From NCBI GenBank assembly GCA_963733295.1, contig CAVTCS010000003.1, positions 736,001-800,000 of the forward strand: a stretch of 64,000 nucleotides of DNA, given 5' to 3'. The translations under genes were made by a program, and so were the position numbers. The DNA is from Vulcanimicrobiota bacterium (GTDB lineage Bacteria > Vulcanimicrobiota > Vulcanimicrobiia > Vulcanimicrobiales > Vulcanimicrobiaceae). The notes beneath the pieces were generated by a model that worked only from the letters and a program-made list of their open reading frames with translations, ran no database searches and was not told the DNA's origin. Positions 42,160 to 50,423 of the stretch are shown one piece after another. The number at the start of each line of letters is the position of its first letter. Within the stretch, counting starts at the first letter, position 1.

Positions 42160-42473
42160 CGCGGCGATTACTCCTCTTGACCCTCGCTGTGGCCGGGTTG
42201 GCTGCGTTCGCATTCATCGTGTGGGCTATTCCCGCGTCGACTTGGAACGGTACCCCGCCGCCGCAGGCGCAGGCGCAGGCGCAGCCGCAGGCGTGGTTCG
42301 TCGTTGAGACGGTGTCCCATCCGAATGACGGCGACAGGCTCAACTACGTGCGTTTCGGTCCATTCAATTCGCAGCGCGCCTGCAGCCAGCGCAACGGAGC
42401 GATCGCGCGGACGAACTCCGTCGACTGCTGGCAGCTTCCAAGCAGCACTCATATCGGAGATACGATCAAATAG
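42156..42473 (+). CDS. Small membrane-anchored or secreted hypothetical protein
   Basis: N-terminal TM, PQAQAQAQPQA linker, two Cys. Confidence 0.6.
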   Translation: MTRRLLLLTLAVAGLAAFAFIVWAIPASTWNGTPPPQAQAQAQPQAWFVVETVSHPNDGDRLNYVRFGPFNSQRACSQRNGAIARTNSVDCWQLPSSTHIGDTIK

Positions 42474-42507
42474 CCGTAGCCTCGCTCGAGCTAGTCGCGG
42501 TGCGCGG

Positions 42508-42655
42508 TCACATCGCCTTCAACCACAGCGATTTGAGATATGCGACGAGATCGTCCTGATTCGACGGCGTCAGGTTGAGGTGGAAAAACGTGTTGTAGTG
42601 CGTGACGACGTCGTTGAGGGTGGCGAACCGGCCGTCATGATAGAACGAGCATGAC
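42508..42655 (-). pseudogene. C-terminal remnant of a cytochrome c peroxidase/MauG-like gene
   Basis: YHDGRFATLNDVVTHYN...LT...DDLVAYLKSL with no upstream CxxCH-containing part. Confidence 0.65.
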
Positions 42656-42682
42656 GGTCGGTTCCTGAAGAAATCATCAATA

Positions 42683-42702
42683 GTAGTCTTTGGCGAAACT
42701 AC
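42683..42702. promoter_or_regulatory. Candidate TrmB-family operator, copy 2 (GTAGT-N10-ACTAC)
   Basis: ATAGTAGT-CTTTGGCGAA-ACTACTAT; same architecture as 43651-43670. Confidence 0.55.
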
Positions 42703-42772
42703 TATAGCTCGTTCGTTCCGAGAGAGCAAGTCCCTGGCGTCGAGATCGAGGGCGCGATTCGCGTTTCGGGCT

Positions 42773-43639
42773 TCACTTGCGTGGCTTCGGTTTCGCGGGG
42801 GGCGCGTTCTGCAGCAGCGCTTTGAGGTTATCGAGAAAACCGATCCCGCCGGCCGGTCCGAGGGTGCTCAGCACGCGCCGGCTAGCGGGTTTGAGCCTGC
42901 TCTCGAGCGAGTTGCCGAGGTCTTCCACCACCGTAGCCAGCGCGATGGCGTTGCGAATGTAAGCGCCGGTCAGCTCGGCGATGAGTTTCTGTCGCGTCTC
43001 GATGGCCGTGGCTTCGCCGCCCGTAATCTCGGAGGCGACGACGCGGCTCGCATCGGCCACGACGAGCAGCCAGTGTGCAGCTTCGAGATCGGCAACGCGG
43101 TAGCGGTACAAGCGTCCGCGGCACGCTCCGCATTCCATCTTACACGCCGACATGCACAGTGTCGTAATGTCGACGCCGCGCTGCTCGGCCTTCTCAATGA
43201 CATCTGCGAGCGCTAGCGCTTCGGAAGGATGGACGGCCAGCAACAGCTGATCTTTGCCGGCCGCGATCGCGTCGCCCGCGTGCTTGAGCGCGGTCTCAGA
43301 GCCGCGCATGTTGATGACGGTTTCGTCGCTCTGCGCCGATTTAAGTCCCGCGAGCGCCGAGGTCGCACGCTCGAAAGCAAGCTCGTGTTCTCGCCGCAAC
43401 CGCTTGATGAATTCGTCTTGCGGGCGCGCTGAATAACGGGTGGCTTCGCCCTCGCGTACCGCTACGACGATGTGCCGGCGCTCGAGCCGTTCCAATGCCG
43501 GGTAAACGTTGGCGCGGGGCACGCCCGAGTGTTTGGCGACCTCGTATCCGTTGAGTGGACCGTGACGCGTCAGCGTAACGTAGGCCCGCGCTTCGTATTC
43601 CGAGAGACCAAGCGACACGAGCGCGGTTACCGGATCCAT
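42773..43639 (-). CDS. TrmB-family transcriptional regulator with Cys-rich motif
   Basis: LGLSEYEARAY, GYEVAKHSGVPRANVY; CMSACKMECGAC; SD GAGGAGG. Confidence 0.92.
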   Translation of the reverse strand: MDPVTALVSLGLSEYEARAYVTLTRHGPLNGYEVAKHSGVPRANVYPALERLERRHIVVAVREGEATRYSARPQDEFIKRLRREHELAFERATSALAGLKSAQSDETVINMRGSETALKHAGDAIAAGKDQLLLAVHPSEALALADVIEKAEQRGVDITTLCMSACKMECGACRGRLYRYRVADLEAAHWLLVVADASRVVASEITGGEATAIETRQKLIAELTGAYIRNAIALATVVEDLGNSLESRLKPASRRVLSTLGPAGGIGFLDNLKALLQNAPPAKPKPRK

Positions 43640-43650
43640 GGGCCCTCCTC

Positions 43651-43670
43651 GTAGTTGCTACCGAGACTAC
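43651..43670. promoter_or_regulatory. Candidate TrmB-family autoregulatory operator (GTAGT-N10-ACTAC)
   Basis: CGTAGT-TGCTACCGAG-ACTACG immediately 5' of the regulator's SD. Confidence 0.55.
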
Positions 43671-43772
43671 GATACAGGAGGAAGGACGCGCGCGGCAAGC
43701 CCGGTTACTCTACGTCCCTTGCCGGCCGCCGATGGCATGGTCGCAGCGCTTCGAAGCGAACGTTTTCGCTCC

Positions 43773-44282
43773 ATGCGCTCTCAGCGAGTTGTCGCAGTTC
43801 TGGCGATCGTTGCTTTAACGGCGCTTCCCGTTCGGGCAGCGGTTCACACGTTCGGCGTGACGCTGGCGACCGATGCGGCCTCCTACCTTCCGGGCGAGGA
43901 CATCGTCCTGACGTTCACGGCGAAGAACATTTCGCGCCAAACGATAATGCTCGCCGCCCGTCACCATCTCACGAGCACGATCGAGCTCGTCGTGAAGGAT
44001 GCGGAGGGAAAGAATATCGCACACGGAGCGTTGCCGAAGCTCACCGGCGACGACGATCTCGAGGGAAACCTCGGACCGCCCGACGCGACGATCGTGCGAC
44101 AAGCGCCGCTTTCGCTCTGGGGCTATCGCCTCGCGCCGGGCACGTATGCGATTTTCGGGACGTGGAAGATGGAGCCGTCGCTCGAACAAGTCAAATCGAC
44201 CGTCCTGCACGTGACGATAGCCGTCCCGGAAACGCCCGCGCCGCCGACCCCCCCGCCGGCGGACGTTCCGATGGGACCTTAA
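43773..44282 (+). CDS. Secreted hypothetical protein, Ig-like fold likely
   Basis: Signal peptide MRSQRVVAVL..VRA; Y.PGE.I.LTFT.KN; PGTY; Pro-rich tail. Confidence 0.65.
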   Translation: MRSQRVVAVLAIVALTALPVRAAVHTFGVTLATDAASYLPGEDIVLTFTAKNISRQTIMLAARHHLTSTIELVVKDAEGKNIAHGALPKLTGDDDLEGNLGPPDATIVRQAPLSLWGYRLAPGTYAIFGTWKMEPSLEQVKSTVLHVTIAVPETPAPPTPPPADVPMGP

Positions 44283-44285
44283 CTT

Positions 44286-45155
44286 CTAATCGGGCAATCC
44301 CGAGATGAGAAAGAGCGTGACGATGACCGGCGCCGCGTTCTGCCCGAACGTCTTCGTGTAGATCGAGGTGATCTCACCCGAACGATAGATGTGGCTGAGC
44401 GCGGTGTCGACGGCGAGGCGGAAGTCTTCGTCGCCATGCGCCAGCGCCAGCGCGTACGGCTCGACGGTGAAGTATGCATCGGCGACCTGGAGTTTATCGG
44501 GCGAGTTGCTGTTCTTGATCAAACCCACGAGAATCGAGCGGTCGGCGAAGTAGGCGGCGATCTGAGAATTCAGCAACATCGCGACGCCCTGCGAGTGCGT
44601 CGTGACGGGAACGACGGTCGCCGCCATTCCCGCGGCTTGGAGCGAGTTGCGCAAGGCCTGTTCGGTGGTCGTGCCGGCGAGAACGCCTACCTTCTTGCCC
44701 GCGAGCGAGGACAGATCTTTCGTGGCGCTCGCGTCGGCGCTGCGCACCATCAGGCTCGCGCCGTCGATAAAGGTCGAGATGGAAAAGTCCAAAGCCGCAC
44801 GGCGGTCCAGAGTCGCGCTGGTCGGCTCGCAAAGAAGGTCCGCTTTGTGCTGCTCGATCGCCTCGAAGCGGTTGACCGAGGTAACGGGGACGTACACGAC
44901 CGTTAGCGGCAAGTGCAGCTGTTGTTCGAGTTTCCGAGCGACGGCTTTGCAAAGGTCGACCATGTAGCCGGCCGGCTCGCCCAAGTTATCCTTGTAAGAG
45001 AAAGGCGGCGCGTCCAAGCGGTACGCGATGCGCAGCGTCTTCGATTGCTTGATGCCGTCGAGCGTCCCCGCGGCGCCGGCGGGCGCGGCCGCGATGCCGG
45101 CAAGCATCAGGGCGCCTGCGAAAGTTGCGAGCAGCTTGCTTCCAAGGTGTCTCAT
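44286..45155 (-). CDS. Amino acid ABC transporter substrate-binding protein (GltI-like)
   Basis: YRLDAPPFSY, GYMVDLC, DLLC, GTTTE, EPYAL, FRLAVD. Confidence 0.92.
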   Translation of the reverse strand: MRHLGSKLLATFAGALMLAGIAAAPAGAAGTLDGIKQSKTLRIAYRLDAPPFSYKDNLGEPAGYMVDLCKAVARKLEQQLHLPLTVVYVPVTSVNRFEAIEQHKADLLCEPTSATLDRRAALDFSISTFIDGASLMVRSADASATKDLSSLAGKKVGVLAGTTTEQALRNSLQAAGMAATVVPVTTHSQGVAMLLNSQIAAYFADRSILVGLIKNSNSPDKLQVADAYFTVEPYALALAHGDEDFRLAVDTALSHIYRSGEITSIYTKTFGQNAAPVIVTLFLISGLPD

Positions 45156-45271
45156 GAAATGGAGAGTCCCCCCGTGCGAAGGCACGAAAAATGCCGGACC
45201 CCTCTTGGCCGGAGCAGTTGGCCTTTCGCGCCCCCGCGCGGCAACACCCTGGCGGCGGGGCGCCTTCGCTT

Positions 45272-45739
45272 TCAGAGCGTCGTGCGAATGCGGTAGTCGC
45301 TTTCGATGAGTTCGCGAAAGTCCCGCAAGAGCGCGTTCAACGTCGCGTGAGCGATGCGGGCTCCGGCAACGACATCGAAGACCGCACCGGCAATTCCGCC
45401 CGGCGGAACGTACTCCCCCGCAATGGTCAGCGTGCAATGTTCGGGATCCGCTGCGGCCGCGTGGATAGTTCCGTCGAAGTTGGGAAACGGGCCGCGTCCT
45501 TCGGGGTTCCAGCGCAACTCGAGCCTCTCGCCGCGCCGGCCTTGGCTCGAATTGGGATAGAAGAGGCGCACCGCGACGTGCTTCTCCAGCGTCAAACCGT
45601 GCGCGATCCGTTCCAGAGGAAAGCGAAGTCGCGCATCGGCGGCAGCGCCCTTCGAGCGCTCGCGGAAGTAGTTATCCAGGAAGGACAGCGAGAAATCGCT
45701 CGGTGCAGCGACCTCGGTTGAAACCGTCAGCCGGCGCAT
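45272..45739 (-). CDS. Hypothetical protein (possible SRPBCC/helix-grip fold)
   Basis: W.P.G.GPFP.F.G, GEY.PPGG..G..FD pattern; SD GAGG. Confidence 0.65.
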   Translation of the reverse strand: MRRLTVSTEVAAPSDFSLSFLDNYFRERSKGAAADARLRFPLERIAHGLTLEKHVAVRLFYPNSSQGRRGERLELRWNPEGRGPFPNFDGTIHAAAADPEHCTLTIAGEYVPPGGIAGAVFDVVAGARIAHATLNALLRDFRELIESDYRIRTTL

Positions 45740-45792
45740 GGCCTCGAGATTCCCCCAGCGGCGGCAATCCCCATGCCGCCGCCGGTGATTTC

Positions 45793-46440
45793 CTAGCCCG
45801 GCGTAAACTTTCCGCGCCGGAGGTGGGCTTCGGCCGCCGCCACCACGGCATCGACGGTCAGGTGCGCGCGCGTGTCCTCGTTAAGCAGACGTTGCAAGAC
45901 GATTCCAGCTTGCGGGTCGCCCGTCACGAACAAGCGCGTCGCGGCGTCGCGCGGTACGATCTTGACGCCGTCGGGCAGACGGTCGACCGCGACGAGGTCG
46001 ACCAGCGCAACCTCGGTGGCGCCGTGAAAGCCGACGAAGAGAATGCGCTCGTCGGAAAGGTAGAGCGTCCCTTTGTCCTCCACGTCCACAGCCGCGCGCG
46101 CAACGCGGCCGGCGCGTCGCGGCCAGCGTACGTCGCGCAGTTGCGCGACGCTGAATTCGACGACGCGGCGCGAGCGTTTGGCGCGCGGTCTGATTGCAAC
46201 GGAAAGCGCCGGCTGTTCCCAGTAGAACGTTTCGTCGGCAGAACGAACGATCGAATTGGGCACGACGGGAAGTAGTTCGCGCGCTTCGGTTTCGGCAATG
46301 ATGCGATCGATCGAACTTTCGAGGGTCGGCGCTTGGCGCTCGACCGAGGATCGCAAGAGCGCGGTGTAAACGACGATGCACGCGAGAACGGACGCGGTTA
46401 TCATGCAGATGAGAAGCACCAGGGCAGAGCTCTCGGCCAA
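45793..46440 (-). CDS. Membrane-anchored hypothetical protein with PH-like domain
   Basis: N-terminal TM; DKGTLYLSDERILFVG; SD AAGGAGG. Confidence 0.65.
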   Translation of the reverse strand: MAESSALVLLICMITASVLACIVVYTALLRSSVERQAPTLESSIDRIIAETEARELLPVVPNSIVRSADETFYWEQPALSVAIRPRAKRSRRVVEFSVAQLRDVRWPRRAGRVARAAVDVEDKGTLYLSDERILFVGFHGATEVALVDLVAVDRLPDGVKIVPRDAATRLFVTGDPQAGIVLQRLLNEDTRAHLTVDAVVAAAEAHLRRGKFTPG

Positions 46441-46533
46441 CGCCGTAATCCTCCTTGGGATGAAGGCTAGAGGGGTTATCGGCCGGGTCGGGGCGGCATT
46501 CTACTTGCTCGCTCGACGCTTAGGAGCAGCAGA

Positions 46534-48036
46534 TTGATCCTCGCTCAGGTGGCCGTCCCAGTCACATCCTCGCCTGCCTTCGACCGGGCCGAAATCCAGG
46601 TCGTTCCGGGCGCGACGCTGACGGTGCGCATTATCGGCGGCACGCCGCCTTTTGTGATCGTGCCGTCGTCCTCGAACTACGACGTCGACTTCGATGCCGC
46701 AAGGGCGGTGCTCTTGGTTACCGGCCGGTCGAACGGTCGTGGGAGTATTTCAGTCGTCGACGGCAGCGGCGCGACTGCAAGCATCCCTGTGCTCGTGGCT
46801 CCGCCGGCGGGCGTCGTGCCGGACGAGTTGCGGCTGACGCTCGCCGGGAGCGCGATCGCGCCGGATTTCGCTGCCACACAGATCGCAGCCGGGCTTTCGC
46901 GCGCCGCTCACTTGCAGGCCGGGGCGACCCTCACCAGCGCCCCTGTGTCTCCCGCATCGCTCCGGCCCGGGGATCATCTCGACCTCCGAGTTCCGGTCGA
47001 ATTGCACGGAAACGGCACCTTCGTCGATGTGGATGGAACCACAACCGTCCACCTTGGCGTCGTAGCGCTGCCACCGCTCGAACCCGGCGAGCTGATGTAC
47101 AGCGACGATCCGGAAAATCTGCCGGCGAGTGCCGACGGCGTTCTTTTCCGCGACACGTTGTTCGTGGGAGAAGCGACGCGTCTCTATCTCTACCATGCCT
47201 CGCTGGTTCCGGGACGGCACGTTACGCTCGCGCTGCGCGCCGCTTCGGCTTCGACGCGCGTCCAGATTCTGGGCGCTACCGCCGGACCGTCCAACGACTA
47301 TCTGGCAACGGGTCACGCCGCGAGTGTGCAATATCTGCGCGCCCGGCGCGCGCAGAACAGTCTGGTCGTCGGCATCGATCCCGGTCAAGCGTTCTTGCTG
47401 CCGCTTTCCAGTCGCCCGCTCGAGTCCGACGATTTGGTCGCCGGCGTGTTCGATCTGCGCGTGCTTTCCGGCGGTCCGCTTGCGGTGCTGTGCATCGCGA
47501 CCACGGGATCGACCGATCCCTCGACGCTGCTCGATGCGCCGCGCGTTGCGGGCGATGGGCATCTCCGGAGCGGAACGTTCGGGCTCGATGCCGCGCCTCT
47601 CGGTCTCGCGCTGCGCGTAGGGGAGCCGGAGCCCGCGCCGATTTCGGTGGGGATGCCGGTGGTAACTGCGCTGCGCGCTCCGCGCGCGCTCGCCGGAGGT
47701 TACGGAATCGTTCAGCGCCTAACAATCACGCTCGAGAACCCGACCGCTGCCGCTTCGGACGTCTATCTCTACGAAGTCCCCAGCGGGAATGCGGTCACGA
47801 CGACGCTCTTTTTCGACGACGACCCGGCTCCGCTCGAAGTACCATGCGTCAAGACGGCCGGAGTCCGCTACCTGATCCGCAAGTTCTCGCTGCAAGCCGG
47901 CGCACGGGTTCAGACGGGCGCCGACTACATGACTGACGGCGCCTCCTCGTATCCCATTGAGTTCGGATTGAGTACGGTCCCGCCGCAAGCACCCGACGGC
48001 TGCCCGGCGACGCCGGAGGGCGCGCCCTCAGCGTGA
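46534..48036 (+). CDS. Hypothetical beta-rich protein
   Basis: 500-aa ORF, SD AGGAG; LMYSDDPE, GGYG, DGASSYP motifs. Confidence 0.75.
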   Translation: MILAQVAVPVTSSPAFDRAEIQVVPGATLTVRIIGGTPPFVIVPSSSNYDVDFDAARAVLLVTGRSNGRGSISVVDGSGATASIPVLVAPPAGVVPDELRLTLAGSAIAPDFAATQIAAGLSRAAHLQAGATLTSAPVSPASLRPGDHLDLRVPVELHGNGTFVDVDGTTTVHLGVVALPPLEPGELMYSDDPENLPASADGVLFRDTLFVGEATRLYLYHASLVPGRHVTLALRAASASTRVQILGATAGPSNDYLATGHAASVQYLRARRAQNSLVVGIDPGQAFLLPLSSRPLESDDLVAGVFDLRVLSGGPLAVLCIATTGSTDPSTLLDAPRVAGDGHLRSGTFGLDAAPLGLALRVGEPEPAPISVGMPVVTALRAPRALAGGYGIVQRLTITLENPTAAASDVYLYEVPSGNAVTTTLFFDDDPAPLEVPCVKTAGVRYLIRKFSLQAGARVQTGADYMTDGASSYPIEFGLSTVPPQAPDGCPATPEGAPSA

Positions 48037-49539
48037 GTGCGACGGTACCGAGCTCACCGCCGTATCGCCGCCACGCGGCACGAGCTCGACGCGAGCGTGC
48101 CCGTAGTCGAACGTCGCGATGAAATGTGCCAGGAAGCCGCTGCCGAGGTGCCCGTCGCCCGTCGCGACGAGCCCCTTGATCGCGCCGATCTTTTGCCGCG
48201 TGACCTCGAATCCGACGAGCGTCACGCTCGGAATCGTACCCACGAGCTCCGTACTGTTGCCGCCGATTCCCGCGATCGGCACGGTTGAGGTCGGTGAGAA
48301 AAGCGAAGTGTTTCGCGCGTAGAAATCGCCGCTGAGGTCGACGCTGGCATCGTCTCCGGTATCGAGCGCGAGCGCGGCTGGGGTGGCGCCGAGCCAAACG
48401 TGCGCGACCGGAACGAAGTCCTCGAAGTCGAGTTGCACCGCATTCGGCGGCGCGGGCTCGTCGCTTTCCGGGGAGAAGCGAACTTCTTGTTTCGCGTAGT
48501 CGATCGCGACGCGCACGTGCGCGAACACGTCCGCGCCGAGCACCAAGTCGTAGCCGTACTGATGGATGTCGTGCAGCACCGCGAATTTTGCCGGCGGAAA
48601 AGCGACCGAGCCGATTGCGAAGCCCGGACCCGGTGCGAGACCCGTGGCGTATTGTCCGACCCCGCGAACGGAAAGTGCGGCGCCTATGGGTTCGACGCCG
48701 AGCTCTTCGGCGAGTTCCAAACTCATCGCAAGGTTCGAGTCACCGGTGTCGAGCAAGGCTGTCACCGTGTGGCCGCCGATCGTGCACGCAACGACCGGCA
48801 GAACCGTGCCTCGGCCGGTCGGCAACATCTTGACGACACCTTCTTGCCCTCCGAAAGAGGGAACGAGTCCCGCCGGCACGGCAAGCGGTTCGGGCACGAT
48901 AGTCCAGTTGGAGAAGCGCTGAGTCCGGCCGTTCCGCCCGTCCCAGACGATCGCGCTCGGCAACGCCGGGAGAGCGTCGCCGTCCGCCGGATACGCGAAC
49001 GTCAAATGGTGTCGCGGATCCACCACGGCGGCGACGAGATACGTCTGCGCATCGATCGCGACGTCCACGGGAGAGCCGGAGGGCACGCCGATGCGCAGCC
49101 TCACATACCTTTTCCCACCAATGTGGATGGGATCGAGCAGCGCGACGCTGCCGCCCAGCGCTCGGAACTTCGGGTCGGCGAATTCCTCGAGCAGAACCGC
49201 CTGCAGCGACGCATCGAACGCGGAAGCCGATGCACCGGTGGGGAGCGCGGTTTCGTTGCTGTCCGTCTCGAAGGTTTGGTTCCCATCGAAGAACATGCCG
49301 CGGCAAGCGAGCCCTTCGCAGTGCTGCAAGAAGCGACGCGGACCTTCGAGCTCCAATTCGCGTTCCTGCGGGACTCCGTCCACCATCTCGCTGAGGGTCG
49401 AGCGCAAATGGTATGTATACGGCGTGCCGCCGGAAACGCGTACGGCAGCGAGGAGATTGTCCAGGGACGACTCGGCGCGCGACTGCGCGAACGACGCGAG
49501 TCCGAGGCAGACGCCGGCGACGACGGCGGCGAAGCGCAT
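48028..49539 (-). CDS. Exported retropepsin-like aspartyl protease (two domains)
   Basis: Signal peptide; ALLDTGD...DLVLG; LALDTGD...DGHLG. Confidence 0.88.
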   Translation of the reverse strand: MRFAAVVAGVCLGLASFAQSRAESSLDNLLAAVRVSGGTPYTYHLRSTLSEMVDGVPQERELELEGPRRFLQHCEGLACRGMFFDGNQTFETDSNETALPTGASASAFDASLQAVLLEEFADPKFRALGGSVALLDPIHIGGKRYVRLRIGVPSGSPVDVAIDAQTYLVAAVVDPRHHLTFAYPADGDALPALPSAIVWDGRNGRTQRFSNWTIVPEPLAVPAGLVPSFGGQEGVVKMLPTGRGTVLPVVACTIGGHTVTALLDTGDSNLAMSLELAEELGVEPIGAALSVRGVGQYATGLAPGPGFAIGSVAFPPAKFAVLHDIHQYGYDLVLGADVFAHVRVAIDYAKQEVRFSPESDEPAPPNAVQLDFEDFVPVAHVWLGATPAALALDTGDDASVDLSGDFYARNTSLFSPTSTVPIAGIGGNSTELVGTIPSVTLVGFEVTRQKIGAIKGLVATGDGHLGSGFLAHFIATFDYGHARVELVPRGGDTAVSSVPSHSR

Positions 49540-49543
49540 AGAT

Positions 49544-49966
49544 GTGGGCTTCGAAGTCGTCGACGGCTATCTTCTCGGCGAACCCGTTTCGAAACCGGAC
49601 GCGCTGGCTGCGTTGCTCGCCGAGCGTTCGCTCGACTTGGCCGCCGCGCCACTCTACCGTGGCCTGGAAGCCGTCGGTCCCCGGGCGGCCGACGAGGCCT
49701 TCATAGCGCTGCGCTTGGTCCTGGCCGGCCGGACGCTTTCGGACGAACGCGTGCGCCGCGTGCGCGCGCTCTCGGCGCTCGCGCGCGCCTGTGCGAACGG
49801 GGACGCGGGCGGCGTGGTCCGGGCATTCAAGCGTGACGGCGAGGTCCTGGGCGATCTCGACGGCTTGCGCAAGGCGCCGCCGAGCGAACTCGGTGCCGCG
49901 GCGCGAGCGGCTTTCGTGCGCGAACTCACACCCGAAGCACCGGTCCGGGAGTCCTCCGGCGAGTAA
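49544..49966 (+). CDS. Hypothetical protein
   Basis: Protein-like helical ORF filling the gap; GTG start only 4 bp from the divergent start, so start is uncertain. Confidence 0.5.
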   Translation: MGFEVVDGYLLGEPVSKPDALAALLAERSLDLAAAPLYRGLEAVGPRAADEAFIALRLVLAGRTLSDERVRRVRALSALARACANGDAGGVVRAFKRDGEVLGDLDGLRKAPPSELGAAARAAFVRELTPEAPVRESSGE

Positions 49967-50024
49967 TTCTTCCTTTGCTTTGCAGGGGAACGGTTCGTTC
50001 GAGGAACTACGTTACGCTAAGGCC

Positions 50025-50423
50025 ATGTCGCGGTTTTCAGTTGCGCTCCCCACGCTTCTCATAGCGTCGGTCTCATTTGGTGTTTCGCTCGCATCCGCTG
50101 CGCCGCGTGCGCAATTCGCGCGCGTCCAACTGCAGACGACCACAAAAACTCCCGATCCCGACGAGAGCCAGAGCCCCGGCGTCAAGTCGCGTAACGCCGG
50201 CGTGATCGAAGGAGTCGTCTTCGCCGTCGACTACCGCGCAGGCATGATCTCGGTGCAGATGCCGACTCGGCGGCTGGACGTCGTCGTGCTTCCGAGCACG
50301 ACGATCCAAAGTTCGACGAACGCCTTCCATACGATCGCCGACATCGTGAAAGGTCAGCGCGTTCAAGTCTTTATGAGCCAGCGCGGCAACAGCTACATCG
50401 CCGAGATCATCCACCTGCGCTGA
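50025..50423 (+). CDS. Secreted hypothetical protein, probable OB-fold
   Basis: Signal peptide; GVVFAVDY..G.I.V, GQRVQV. Confidence 0.65.
   Translation: MSRFSVALPTLLIASVSFGVSLASAAPRAQFARVQLQTTTKTPDPDESQSPGVKSRNAGVIEGVVFAVDYRAGMISVQMPTRRLDVVVLPSTTIQSSTNAFHTIADIVKGQRVQVFMSQRGNSYIAEIIHLR

Noticed and set aside
42262..42292. (GCGCAG)n short tandem repeat
   Set aside because: Encodes an in-frame Gln-Ala linker; a hexamer unit cannot cause frameshift phase variation.
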